Source: a virus
Taxonomy: Duplodnaviria; Caudoviricetes
Direction: 5' to 3' (one strand)
Virus record (IMG/VR): IMGVR_UViG_3300046167_000709
Location: 2,243 to 66,242 of that record
DNA length: 64,000 nt
The position numbers and the translations under genes were made by a program. Shown piece after piece: positions 27,676 to 37,313 of the stretch (its first letter is position 1; the number at the start of each line of letters is the position of its first letter). The notes below the pieces were generated by a model that saw only the letters and a program-made list of their open reading frames with translations, had not been told where the DNA came from and made no database searches.

Positions 27676-30063
27676 CTACATGAAAGCTTGCATACCCATA
27701 TCGGGTTCGTTTTCAAAGTCCTTAGGTAAGCTATCGTTTTGTCGTTGGCTTATCATTTCACTTTGTTGTGTAGCTTCCATTTTGCTACGCTTGTCTTTTC
27801 TATCTTCTATAGCTGCTTCTTTCTGCTGCATAGCCTGAACCTCTAATTGCTTTAATTGCATGTCGTATTCAAACTTTTGTTGCATTTTAATTTTTTCTAA
27901 ATCAGCTGCTATTTGCATTTTGTTTATTTCCATTTGAGCTTTAGCTTGCTCGTATTGCACTTTAGAACCTGATATAGCTTCTTGCTTTTGAACTTCAGCC
28001 ATAGCTGTTTTCTCAGCAGTACTAGCTTGAGCATCGGCTTGAGCTTGTATATTAGCTTGTTGGTTGGCTTGATCTTGAATAGCTTTTTGCTTGCGCTTAA
28101 CCTTAAGCATTTGATTAGCTAGCTTAAGATTTTTAATTTGTCTTAAATCTATAGCATCTTCTAAATCAATACCACCTTGACCTAATGCAACTTGAATATT
28201 TTGTTCTAACTTAGCCTGCTCTTCATCATCTGGCTCTAATTCTAAGAATATACCAAAGTCATATAAGTTTAAATCAATAACCTGTTGAAGCGTTTCAACA
28301 TTAAAAGTTGATATAGAGTTTTTAAGCGACTCAGCTGTTAACGGAAAGTGTAAAGCGTCTGCTATTTTAAGAGACACGTTTTCTGCTAGCTTTAATGTTA
28401 GATATAAACTAGCTTGTTTAATATGTCTAGTTGCAACATTAGATGCGTTAGCTGCCATCTTTTGAAGACCTACTAACGAGTTTTTATCTTGTGAACTTCC
28501 ATCTCTAGCTTCGTTTAATCCGGTCACATCGCGTATCATTTGTAAATAATATTGATACGTTTGTATAAGCGCTTGTATCTTACCTAAACCACTTGAGCTG
28601 TTAAGTTCTTGAATAGGTACTTTACCTGGATTTATATCACCGTCTTGTGTCATTGATCTACCTACGATAGAACCAGTTTGGAAATACATATTCAAAGCCT
28701 CTGCAGGATTATAATTAGTACCATTTCCAAGATCTACCTCAGCTAAACCATCCATATCCAAATAAACACCATCTGGTACCATTCTAGACATTACCTGTTG
28801 CAGTTTAAGATGCGTTAGTTGAATCATATCTGCAAATCCAATACATTTGCTTACAACAGACTCTATGCGTCCCTTATACATTCTAGGAGCACATATCGTG
28901 TAATTCATTTCAACTTTAGTTGTATCTGCCATTGGTCTAGACATGTTCTCTGCTAATTTCCAGTCTAATATAGTATTAGTTCCTAAAACTTTAGCTCCAG
29001 TATATAAAACCTCTATTGATCTAGATACTCTTTCAAAGTTGTCATTTTCAGGTGGATTAAATGTATCTGGCTTTTCTAAAGCTTTTAATAAACCTGAATC
29101 TGTTTGTTTTATTTTAAACACTTGATTGTGGTAAGTCTTGTATTCAAAGTACATAACCTGCACAGTGTTTTCATCATAGTTACCCCAACCAGTTATATAT
29201 TGCCTGTTGCCAGGTGTTTCTTGTATTTTCTTTAACTCTTCCTCTGATATATTAGGAAACTCTTTTTTAAGCTCTGGAATTGTTATAGACTTAACCTCAC
29301 CTACGTAATATATGTCTTCAAAGTTTGGATCTTCTGTGTATGAATAAACCATGTAAGAAGGATCAACGTAGTCAACTGTAATTCCTTCAGCTGTATTGAA
29401 GTTGGTTTTACCAGCAGCAATACCAATAGTTGTAAGATCCATGTTTAATCTACGTCTTACAAGATCATATTTATTTTGAGCAAATACTGTTGATATAGCC
29501 TCTTCTTCTGCTATTTCAATTGACTGCTTATAGCTAAGCTGCATATGCAGTTCTAACTCTTCTTTAGATTCTGGAACTACAACTCCACTTGGTGATTGGT
29601 GTAAATCAATACCTAGTGTTTGTTTTAAGTTGTCTAAATACTCTTTAGCAACCATATCTTCTTGAAGCTTGCTAGCGTATTCGGTTCTTCTTTTAACTGA
29701 GCTAGGATCTTGAGAGTAAGCTTTTATGTCGTAAGACTTTTGTGATATGCCGTTAACTACTATGTCTACGAACTTAGATAAAATAGGTACTGGCTTCCAG
29801 TCTAAATTAAGATAAGACAAATCACCGTTTATAGATAATTCATCTTTGTATTTTTGCACAGGTTGTTCACCTCTAGCATATAGTCTTAATGTGTGGAAAT
29901 TATTCCAATTAGTTAAGTATCTGTTACCTCCAGTTCGCCCTTGGTCAAACCACTCGTACTCTATTGCTTGAGCAACTTGAGTTCCGTATTCCCAGCTGTC
30001 TTTTTCAGCATCGCTTACTACTTGGCTTGGAAAAGCGCTATTGGTGTTAGTGTATATACCCAT
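27676..30063 (-). CDS. Portal protein
   Basis: 795 aa directly after terminase; PILSKFVDIVVNG, TGLNEARDG and a Gln-rich coiled-coil C-terminus. Confidence 0.85.
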   Translation of the reverse strand: MGIYTNTNSAFPSQVVSDAEKDSWEYGTQVAQAIEYEWFDQGRTGGNRYLTNWNNFHTLRLYARGEQPVQKYKDELSINGDLSYLNLDWKPVPILSKFVDIVVNGISQKSYDIKAYSQDPSSVKRRTEYASKLQEDMVAKEYLDNLKQTLGIDLHQSPSGVVVPESKEELELHMQLSYKQSIEIAEEEAISTVFAQNKYDLVRRRLNMDLTTIGIAAGKTNFNTAEGITVDYVDPSYMVYSYTEDPNFEDIYYVGEVKSITIPELKKEFPNISEEELKKIQETPGNRQYITGWGNYDENTVQVMYFEYKTYHNQVFKIKQTDSGLLKALEKPDTFNPPENDNFERVSRSIEVLYTGAKVLGTNTILDWKLAENMSRPMADTTKVEMNYTICAPRMYKGRIESVVSKCIGFADMIQLTHLKLQQVMSRMVPDGVYLDMDGLAEVDLGNGTNYNPAEALNMYFQTGSIVGRSMTQDGDINPGKVPIQELNSSSGLGKIQALIQTYQYYLQMIRDVTGLNEARDGSSQDKNSLVGLQKMAANASNVATRHIKQASLYLTLKLAENVSLKIADALHFPLTAESLKNSISTFNVETLQQVIDLNLYDFGIFLELEPDDEEQAKLEQNIQVALGQGGIDLEDAIDLRQIKNLKLANQMLKVKRKQKAIQDQANQQANIQAQADAQASTAEKTAMAEVQKQEAISGSKVQYEQAKAQMEINKMQIAADLEKIKMQQKFEYDMQLKQLEVQAMQQKEAAIEDRKDKRSKMEATQQSEMISQRQNDSLPKDFENEPDMGMQAFM

Positions 30064-32274
30064 TTAACTTATTATTTTTGATGTGACACCTTTATTGTCA
30101 TATTTTTTAATTCCTAAATTTACAGCTTCTCTTCTAACTGGAGCAGACGGAGCGTATCTATGTTTGTTACAAGCCATTAAAGCAAGTCCAGAACTAATAG
30201 AAGCATCATGCTTTGTTCTATTGTTTATGTTAAACTTTGCCCAGTCTTCTAATGTTCTTTGAAAATACATATCACCGTAGCCTGTAGTTTTTAAACCTAC
30301 AAAGTCTTCTATATAAGATTCTATTGCAGCGGCGTGAGCTTGTTTTATATCTTCACTTGAATTTGGTATTCCACCTAATTCTCTTTCTGTTACTGATAAT
30401 TTATTGTGTTTTCGATCTGGTCTATTTATAGAGAACTTTCTATAACCTCTTCTTTTTAAATGATATAATAATCTAGGCTTATTGTTTTCCGCTAGTATTG
30501 GCATACCGTAAAAAACCAAAGCCATTAAAACATCTTCAAAAAATATTTCAGCGGTTTGTGGTCTAGCTATATATTCTAAAAAGAAATGATTCGGAGGCAC
30601 ATCCTCCATACTAAACTTAGTTAAACCGTGTAAAGATCCATTTGATCCTCTTTTATCAACTGTACCTGATATATCATAGCTATCGCAGCCAAAGGCTCCA
30701 CAGTGTTCATTACCTGGATATTTAACTCCTCCCTTTATTATCACACGATTTTGGAGATTTAAAGGTGGAACCCAGGAAACTCTGAATCTACCGTTTTTAT
30801 TTGGTACAAATATAACCTTTGTATCTTTAACTCCGTTTTCCCATTGAAAGCTTCCTTGAGTAACTGATATTGAGTTTTTAAGATCTTCATTAAAATCTAT
30901 TTGCTCGTATATTTTTGTTAGGTTAAATAAAGATTCTTTAGACTCATCTCTAAATGCGTGTTTAGTTGTGCGAGGAAATTGTCTATAAAATTCATTTAAA
31001 CCATCTTGATCGTTCTTAAGACCTTCAACTTCATTGTCCCAATATTCTATTACCCCTTGTGCTATAACGTCTCCAAAAGGACCTACTACTTCTTTTTTTG
31101 GTGTGTTGAATACAGGAAAGCCATAAGAATCAATGTAGCCTTCGTAGTTCCATTCCATAGGTATGAACAAAGAATAGAGTCCTGAGCGAGTCTGTCCATT
31201 GGCGTTTCTTTGTGTAACGTCTGAGTCATTGTAAAGTTTTTTAAAGTTATCTCCTCCTTTATCTAAAGCATTTGATGTTGATCCCATCATACACTTGCCT
31301 ATAATTCTAGAACCTAACCTTAAACAAGTTTTAGTTACCCTCCAGTTGTTTAATATGTTTGTTGGTCTTTCCCACTTTCCACTTTCATCGTGTACTAGTA
31401 GTTTTAATTTCTCACCGTCATATGAGTTGTCGCCCGTGTTTTTCCAGTCGATTGTTGTGTCGAGGCCGGTGATTTCCTGTAGCTTCTCATTTGAGTCGAG
31501 TTTACGCCTTGTGAACTTTGATGCTGGTACCCTGTACGCAAGTTCTGTCTTCGGCCTGTCCATACCGTCTTGTATTGGTTTGAAGAAGAAGGGATAGTTA
31601 ACTGATATTGGGACAACTTTGTCAGTAAACATCTTCTTTGCATCGGGTCCAGATTTCGAGAGTATACCAAAGCGTGAATCTGTAGATATTGTTGCTTGGT
31701 TAACCGTTTCCCCACTTGCCATAAATGAAAAACCTGACCGTCTATTTTTAAGGTAGCACATGCCGTAGCAGCGCGGGTCGGCTTTACAAGCTTCCCAGAA
31801 TAAATAGAATAATCTGTTTGATTCCCTAAAGTCTGGCTGCCCGACGTCAATTTTACTCCACTGCAAGTACATATAGTTAGTACCAGTAATGTAAGTAGCC
31901 ACACCCTTATTATAGAACCAAAAGCCTTGTTCTCTTCTATTAAATTCTTCATCAATGTAATCATACCATTTTTCTTTAAAGTCCAAAGGGTATTCTTCCC
32001 AATCAAATACTGATTTGATTTTACTAAGCTCCTTTGGGTATTCAGTGTGCTTCCACCTGTCCTCTTCAAATGTATGTACATTTTCAGCTTTTGGCAAAGC
32101 TATTTTTAAATCTTGTATTTCATAAATCTCACCTATTTGCCCGGTTTTACTTATAACAACCATATCGTGTTCTTCGTTATAACCGTACTCCCATTTCTTA
32201 TACCTATTAGTTCTTTTTATAACCTTAGGCTTAACGTGGTCTTTAAGTATTTTATATAAAGTCTGCTCGTACAT
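30064..32274 (-). CDS. terL: Terminase large subunit
   Basis: Walker A-like KNRRSGFS, Walker B LLVHDESGK, GSTSN, nuclease motifs GCDSYD and HDASIS. Confidence 0.92.
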   Translation of the reverse strand: MYEQTLYKILKDHVKPKVIKRTNRYKKWEYGYNEEHDMVVISKTGQIGEIYEIQDLKIALPKAENVHTFEEDRWKHTEYPKELSKIKSVFDWEEYPLDFKEKWYDYIDEEFNRREQGFWFYNKGVATYITGTNYMYLQWSKIDVGQPDFRESNRLFYLFWEACKADPRCYGMCYLKNRRSGFSFMASGETVNQATISTDSRFGILSKSGPDAKKMFTDKVVPISVNYPFFFKPIQDGMDRPKTELAYRVPASKFTRRKLDSNEKLQEITGLDTTIDWKNTGDNSYDGEKLKLLVHDESGKWERPTNILNNWRVTKTCLRLGSRIIGKCMMGSTSNALDKGGDNFKKLYNDSDVTQRNANGQTRSGLYSLFIPMEWNYEGYIDSYGFPVFNTPKKEVVGPFGDVIAQGVIEYWDNEVEGLKNDQDGLNEFYRQFPRTTKHAFRDESKESLFNLTKIYEQIDFNEDLKNSISVTQGSFQWENGVKDTKVIFVPNKNGRFRVSWVPPLNLQNRVIIKGGVKYPGNEHCGAFGCDSYDISGTVDKRGSNGSLHGLTKFSMEDVPPNHFFLEYIARPQTAEIFFEDVLMALVFYGMPILAENNKPRLLYHLKRRGYRKFSINRPDRKHNKLSVTERELGGIPNSSEDIKQAHAAAIESYIEDFVGLKTTGYGDMYFQRTLEDWAKFNINNRTKHDASISSGLALMACNKHRYAPSAPVRREAVNLGIKKYDNKGVTSKIIS

Positions 32275-32549
32275 TATTTAGATCTCCCTTCTGCAAAGCC
32301 TCTAAAAGATTTCTCTTCTTTAACTTCCACTGGTTTTTCATTTAACATATTCTCTTCAGCTTCTATTCTACTTAGTATTTCAAAAGCATCAAATATAGCT
32401 AACTTTTTTGTAGCCGCAGCATTCTTCAATCTATCAGCTGATATATCGTCATCTGAATCAACAATAGCTTCTTTAGCTACTTTGATTAACTCCTCCACTG
32501 CTCTCTGCCCAGCTTGGATTATATTCAACTTCGTTTCCTTGGTGTTCAT
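32274..32549 (-). CDS. Possible terminase small subunit
   Basis: 91-aa helical ORF coupled to the terL start (TAATG); assignment is positional. Confidence 0.45.
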   Translation of the reverse strand: MNTKETKLNIIQAGQRAVEELIKVAKEAIVDSDDDISADRLKNAAATKKLAIFDAFEILSRIEAEENMLNEKPVEVKEEKSFRGFAEGRSK

Positions 32550-33099
32550 ATTTAATTACGATATCATTAGATTTCATACAGTATAGTCTTTTACCGTCTA
32601 TTAAAAACTCCCATTCTCCGTTTGGCGTATAGCCAACCAAATCTCCTGAGTTAATTCCTAGTGCATTTAAAGAGCTATTGTCATATTTTAATATACCAAC
32701 AAGGCTTTTTTCTTTATCTAGCGTTAAAGACTCTGTATCTTTTATAGGTGAAATAAAGCATCTGTCTCCAAAAGATTTCCACTTATCACCTTTATTATAT
32801 AAATAGATTTGATCTATAGCGCAAAAATATAAATCATCTTTGAACCAAGATCTACTTTTCTTTTTTTCTCCTCTCATGTCATAGAATACTCTAAACACGT
32901 TTTGGTGTATAACAATTATATCACCAACATCAATACCAGTATTAAAAGCTTTAGGTGTTTCTACTACTTTAGCTAATCTATTTACAAACTTGAAGTCTTC
33001 AATTTTTGTATTTAAAACTAACTCTTTATTACCTACTTTTATTTTGTTACTGTATTTATCACCTAATGGCTCTACTATAAAGTCATATAAACTTTTCAA
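32473..33099 (-). CDS. Protein with two tandem GroES-like domains
   Basis: Repeat 1 MKSLYDFIVEP...AKVVETP...IDVGDIIVI; repeat 2 KSFGDRCFISP...GINSGDLVGY...IDGKRLYCMKSNDIV. Confidence 0.6.
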   Translation of the reverse strand: MKSLYDFIVEPLGDKYSNKIKVGNKELVLNTKIEDFKFVNRLAKVVETPKAFNTGIDVGDIIVIHQNVFRVFYDMRGEKKKSRSWFKDDLYFCAIDQIYLYNKGDKWKSFGDRCFISPIKDTESLTLDKEKSLVGILKYDNSSLNALGINSGDLVGYTPNGEWEFLIDGKRLYCMKSNDIVIKYEHQGNEVEYNPSWAESSGGVNQSS

Positions 33100-33323
33100 T
33101 ACTCTAAGTCATATTCAACAGATATTGCCATGTTAGAGTTAAATTTCTTCCATGGCATTACCTCGTTGTTTTTCTTAATGTGAATATTGTAAGAGTTATC
33201 CTCTTCGTCTAGAAGTATATGTGATATCTCGTGACCGCCATAAACTTGTTGACCTACAGAATAATGCATAGCATCATTTTTGTAGTCAGAACCAATACTT
33301 ATTTTTCTTACAATAGAAGACAT
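33096..33323 (-). CDS. Hypothetical protein
   Basis: 75-aa ORF with ATGA coupling to the next gene. Confidence 0.6.
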   Translation of the reverse strand: MSSIVRKISIGSDYKNDAMHYSVGQQVYGGHEISHILLDEEDNSYNIHIKKNNEVMPWKKFNSNMAISVEYDLEY

Positions 33324-33324
33324 A

Positions 33325-33576
33325 TTATGCTTTTTCTAGTTTAGCATCTTCTTCAATAGTTTCGTATTCTCCAGTTTTTAAATTTATATTAACTGGTCCA
33401 TACTCTGCTTCTAATTCAGCCTTTACTTCTTCCAACTCTTTATTAGCCTCTGCAACTTGGTGTAACAACCCATGTTTTTGGGTTTCTAAAATACCAATTT
33501 GATTAACTAAAGCTGACAAGCTTTCTTGACTTTCGTTTACTTTTTTTAATTGTTCTTCTGTGATTTTTTTACTCAT
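33325..33576 (-). CDS. Small coiled-coil protein
   Basis: 83-aa heptad-rich ORF ending YGPVNINLKTGEY. Confidence 0.6.
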   Translation of the reverse strand: MSKKITEEQLKKVNESQESLSALVNQIGILETQKHGLLHQVAEANKELEEVKAELEAEYGPVNINLKTGEYETIEEDAKLEKA

Positions 33577-33586
33577 TTGATTTAAT

Positions 33587-33982
33587 TTAATTATTTGTTA
33601 TTGATTTTGCTTTTTCCCAAGTACGACCTACAAAGTAAGCTCCGTAAACAGTTACTAGTAAAGTTTGAAATATTGGTATATATTCTTTGGCTAATCCAAA
33701 CTCACCGATATTACCATCAAAAAAAGCTAAAGACGTAAAAATTACAGTCAGATATATCAGTATCATTGGTCTAATGTTTTTACTTAAAAAACTATCAGAT
33801 TTCATATCTGCTTCCCAACGCCTACTAACCTCTTCTTGAGCTTTATTATCTGCGTCTTCTAATATCTGCTGTATTTGCTTTTTTACTTCTAACCTTTCTT
33901 CCTCGGTTGTAGTAAGCTTATCGATGACGTCACCAACTTCTTTGATAACGCCACCTGTTAGCCATTGAATTATTTTTTTCAT
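33587..33982 (-). CDS. Holin (3TM / GTA-holin-like)
   Basis: VIDKLTTTEEER, RWEADMKSDSFLSKNIRP, two transmembrane segments and YFVGRTWEK. Confidence 0.75.
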   Translation of the reverse strand: MKKIIQWLTGGVIKEVGDVIDKLTTTEEERLEVKKQIQQILEDADNKAQEEVSRRWEADMKSDSFLSKNIRPMILIYLTVIFTSLAFFDGNIGEFGLAKEYIPIFQTLLVTVYGAYFVGRTWEKAKSITNN

Positions 33983-34324
33983 TTATTCTCTTTTCATTAA
34001 TACAGTACTGTTTTCATCTCCTGTAAAAACACATTGTAAAGTGTCTTTATCTATAACAGTGTAAGACATTCCAATAGTATAACCATTTCTTGGGTTGTGT
34101 ATCGAAGTAGTCATAGTAGTATCTGTTTGGCTTAGTATAACCTCATTTAGTGTAGCATCTTCTTTAAAACTATAATTAATAATTTTAACAACAGCGTAAT
34201 CGCTAGCTAAAATAACAGTTTTATATGTTGATCCTTTCGTAACCCAAACACCTTCAAATGCTTCTTGAGCTTTAGAGGTTAGTACTGTAAAAAATAAAGC
34301 TATTGTAATAAGTAATTTTTTCAT
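33983..34324 (-). CDS. Exported beta-rich protein with a signal peptide
   Basis: MKKLLITIALFFTVLTSKA|QEAFEGVW: type-I signal peptide followed by Gln and a lipocalin-like GxW. Confidence 0.65.
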   Translation of the reverse strand: MKKLLITIALFFTVLTSKAQEAFEGVWVTKGSTYKTVILASDYAVVKIINYSFKEDATLNEVILSQTDTTMTTSIHNPRNGYTIGMSYTVIDKDTLQCVFTGDENSTVLMKRE

Positions 34325-34382
34325 AATATTAAATTTAATTGTTATAATATTATAATTACACATAATTACTAATGTTTATTTT

Positions 34383-35084
34383 TTAGCCTTTTTTCTTATC
34401 TCTCTCTTGTTTAGCTTTTCTAGCTGCGTCTAATTTTGCTTTGTTAGCTTCTCTTTTAGCAACGTTTTCAGGTTTATTAAACTCTTTCTCTTTTGTTGCT
34501 TTATATCTTTTTTTAGCTTCAGAACCTTTTGGGTTTCTAGGATCTTGATCAAAATCAGAAGCTTTTTGAGCTGCAGTTTTAGGTATAAATTTACCACCAG
34601 AGTCATAACCACCTCCAATAACAACTTCACCTGATTTACGGTCTTTCACAACCTGGCTATCACGTGTAAGTCTAGTAGTTTTATCTAACTCAACGTTTGC
34701 TCTATTTGGTTGAAAACCGCCTCTTATATCTTGATATAAAGGACTTTTTCCAGATCCTCCTAAATGTACTGGTGATCCAGCTGCAATTGAGTGTTTTGAA
34801 ATCCAAGATCCGTGAGAAGCGATTGGATTGTCTTTTAATAAGTTTTTCTTTTCTTGTTTGTTAGATTCCATATTTGTTTTTTTGATGGGTGTTTCTGTTA
34901 CGTATTTAGCTCCAGGAAATTTATAATCATATCCTGGTTGCATTATTTTTGTATATCCTCTGTCGTCAGTACCTAGTACTTTAAAATCGACTCCTTTCAT
35001 TGTTATATCGCCTCCTTGTATAATATTTTGAGGCTTGTTAACATCAGGGCTGTTTCTTAAATAACCTGTCTTAGACGTCTTCAT
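34383..35084 (-). CDS. Hypothetical basic protein (SP-motif family)
   Basis: 233 aa; ITMKGVDFKVLG...MQPGYDYKFPG N-domain, then GSPVH/KSPLYQ. Confidence 0.55.
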   Translation of the reverse strand: MKTSKTGYLRNSPDVNKPQNIIQGGDITMKGVDFKVLGTDDRGYTKIMQPGYDYKFPGAKYVTETPIKKTNMESNKQEKKNLLKDNPIASHGSWISKHSIAAGSPVHLGGSGKSPLYQDIRGGFQPNRANVELDKTTRLTRDSQVVKDRKSGEVVIGGGYDSGGKFIPKTAAQKASDFDQDPRNPKGSEAKKRYKATKEKEFNKPENVAKREANKAKLDAARKAKQERDKKKG

Positions 35085-35394
35085 TATGATCTTCTATAAG
35101 CCTCAGCTTCCCAAGGCAAGGTTTTTAGCACCTTCTTGCATTTGTGCTCGTGAATATTTTTTACCTTTCCAGTATACGTATTTATCGTCGTAATCTAAAT
35201 CACCCTCTATCCATTTGTTCTAAATGAATTTTTTCGTGAGCAACTACATCTTCTACATCGTCTGGGTTTAAATTTTTGTTTATGGTTATAGAACCATTAT
35301 TATTAGCTTTTCCCATAACACCATCCTCCATATCTACTCGATATATTGGAGTGTTGTCCATGCGGAAAGGAGGGTTATTTAGTTTGAAAGCCAT
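35084..35394 (-). CDS. Small zincin-like metallopeptidase (frameshift near 35205)
   Basis: VVAHEKIHLEQ (HExxH), continuing in another frame as DLDYDDKYVYWKG...LPWEAEAY (third ligand Glu). Confidence 0.65.
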
Positions 35395-35396
35395 AT

Positions 35397-35639
35397 TTAT
35401 TTTTTATAAGGAAATGCTTTATTTAACATTTCTTTTCTTTTATTACAACCGCAAGGTTTTCCTATTTTTTCAGAAGCTAATTTAACTAGTTGTTTAACTC
35501 CTGTTGCTGTAGTTATTTTTTCAATAGTATCACCTAAACCTTTTGATGGGTTATTGTCCGAATTTTTTAAAATAATTTCCATCAGCTTGGTTTTTTTCAA
35601 AATTTGATATACTAGGTATTTGGTATTTACCATCTTCAA
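35397..35639 (-). CDS. Small conserved phage protein with CGC motif (true start probably downstream)
   Basis: SKGLGDTIEKITTATG...PCGCNKRKEMLNKAFPY. Confidence 0.55.
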   Translation of the reverse strand: MKMVNTKYLVYQILKKTKLMEIILKNSDNNPSKGLGDTIEKITTATGVKQLVKLASEKIGKPCGCNKRKEMLNKAFPYKK

Positions 35640-36090
35640 AACCTTTAAACTCCTTTTCAGTTGTTTCTTTTAGCTTTTCTGCTACTTTTTCAGTTTCACC
35701 TTTAAACTCAGCTTCTTTTTCGGCTTTTGTTTTACCACCAGTTTGTGAAAAAGCTCTAGCTATATTATCTTGAAGTCTTTGAAAATGTGGAGCGGTAGAA
35801 ACGTAAGCATACATACCTAGTGGCGAATCTTCTTGTTTTCCATAAGTATAAGTGTCATCTCCGGCAAATTTCTGAGGATCTTTAGACTCGTAATCAGGAT
35901 TACCTGGTCCTTCTACTTGAGGTAAAATAGCCGCGCTTTTTTTCATTTGCTTTTCGGCTTTTTTAGAAGACTTTTCTAGTTGATCCATAGTAAATCCTTT
36001 TATAGGATTTTTAGATGTAAACTTTTGTTGGAATGGTGAACTCATATTATTTATATACTTTAGCGCGTTGTGTAATTGGCTCTCCACCAC
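35551..36090 (-). CDS. Hypothetical protein (SP-motif family; probable start MSSPF)
   Basis: MSSPFQQKF...DSPLGM. Confidence 0.55.
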   Translation of the reverse strand: MVESQLHNALKYINNMSSPFQQKFTSKNPIKGFTMDQLEKSSKKAEKQMKKSAAILPQVEGPGNPDYESKDPQKFAGDDTYTYGKQEDSPLGMYAYVSTAPHFQRLQDNIARAFSQTGGKTKAEKEAEFKGETEKVAEKLKETTEKEFKGFEDGKYQIPSISNFEKNQADGNYFKKFGQ

Positions 36091-36289
36091 AGTGGCAAGG
36101 ATATTTAGAGACTTCTAATCCATTTTTACCTGAACTAGAACCTTTACCCATTGGAAAACCTTCTTTGCTTAATGGACCGTCCCATACAGCGTTTTCACCT
36201 ACTTGACCTGCAAGATCAGCTTTTAGTTGCTTGATGTTTTTCATATTAGTATTTTTTGTTACATTTTTTCTTAAACATAGGAGTTGCAC
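36047..36289 (-). CDS. Hypothetical protein
   Basis: ORF in a tightly packed operon (GQVGENAVWDGPL). Confidence 0.5.
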   Translation of the reverse strand: MQLLCLRKNVTKNTNMKNIKQLKADLAGQVGENAVWDGPLSKEGFPMGKGSSSGKNGLEVSKYPCHCGGEPITQRAKVYK

Positions 36290-36605
36290 CTACTGCGTTT
36301 TGTCTCTGCTCTATTCCACCATAAATACCTTGAGCTGCTTGTTGAGCTTGAGGTTTAAAAACCGGTTGAGCAGTACCTAATGTATTAGCTTGTTGAGGCG
36401 GCACGTTTGTCATTTGCTGAACTGGTTGACCCGTCAAAGGATCAACAATACCAACTTGTTTAACTGGCGAATCGTAATGAGCTGGAGAACATTTTTTAAT
36501 AGGATTGTCCTGATCATTTCTAGCGTTTTCAAGATAATGAAGTCTAGCCTTAGCTGTTAGGTTTTTATTGTAAGCTTCTTTGTAATCGTAATTCTTACCT
36601 TTCAT
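36246..36605 (-). CDS. Hypothetical protein (SP-motif family)
   Basis: YNKNLTAKARLHYLEN, CSPAHYDSPVKQ. Confidence 0.55.
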   Translation of the reverse strand: MKGKNYDYKEAYNKNLTAKARLHYLENARNDQDNPIKKCSPAHYDSPVKQVGIVDPLTGQPVQQMTNVPPQQANTLGTAQPVFKPQAQQAAQGIYGGIEQRQNAVGATPMFKKKCNKKY

Positions 36606-36606
36606 T

Positions 36607-37053
36607 TTATCTGTTTTTATCTTTATTGACGTTTTTAATAGAAGTTATAAGAACTTTATCAGTGTACGTCTTACCCTTCATAATACTGTTTCTGTGATTG
36701 CTAGTCGGTAGATCATCTTGACCTAGTATAATTCTATACATATGCTTGATTAAATGCTTACACTTAAACGATGTTTTGTATATATGATACTTTTGAGTTG
36801 TTCTATTTCTTTTTCTCCAAACAACTATCCAACCTTCTTTCAATAAACGATTCCAGCGGCGGTTATCCCAACTATAGGAATAACTACCAGCCTCGAAATC
36901 TTTTTTTGTAAACATATCCATGCAGTCTAAGTAAATCAATAACTCTAGATCAGCATCGTTAAGGTTGTTGTTTCTGCAAGCCCACTTACGTATTATACGA
37001 TAATGTTTAAACAGATTCATGTTCTTTATGTCATCTGCGTCTAGCCTTTTCAT
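36607..37053 (-). CDS. Probable winged-helix DNA-binding protein
   Basis: LNDADLELLIYL...RRWNRLLKEGWIVVW...YKTSFK resembles a MarR-type wHTH. Confidence 0.5.
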   Translation of the reverse strand: MKRLDADDIKNMNLFKHYRIIRKWACRNNNLNDADLELLIYLDCMDMFTKKDFEAGSYSYSWDNRRWNRLLKEGWIVVWRKRNRTTQKYHIYKTSFKCKHLIKHMYRIILGQDDLPTSNHRNSIMKGKTYTDKVLITSIKNVNKDKNR

Positions 37054-37313
37054 AAAACAACAACTACATCTTGCGCTTTAATAACGTGATATGTTTTTTT
37101 ATCTATTTCTATTTTATGCCCAGCGTGTCGATCAAAAAAGATCTTATCACCTTTTTTTATCCCTTCAACTTGCTCACCTACCGAAAACACAAATGCTTCT
37201 GTGTAGCGTATATCTTCACGTTGGTTTTCTGCAAGAAGTAAACCACCTTTCGTTTTGGTGGTTCCTTCTTTTATTTTTTCTATTATTAAGTTTCTACCTA
37301 TCGCTTTCATCAA
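37050..37313 (-). CDS. groES: Co-chaperonin GroES
   Basis: TKTKGGLLL mobile loop, SVGEQVEGIKKGDKIFF; directly downstream of groEL. Confidence 0.92.
   Translation of the reverse strand: MMKAIGRNLIIEKIKEGTTKTKGGLLLAENQREDIRYTEAFVFSVGEQVEGIKKGDKIFFDRHAGHKIEIDKKTYHVIKAQDVVVVL

Noticed and set aside
31404-32081. 225-aa alternative-frame ORF inside terL, and the many antisense ORFs inside long genes
   Set aside because: No recognisable motifs; these are expected shadows of codon bias in long coding regions.
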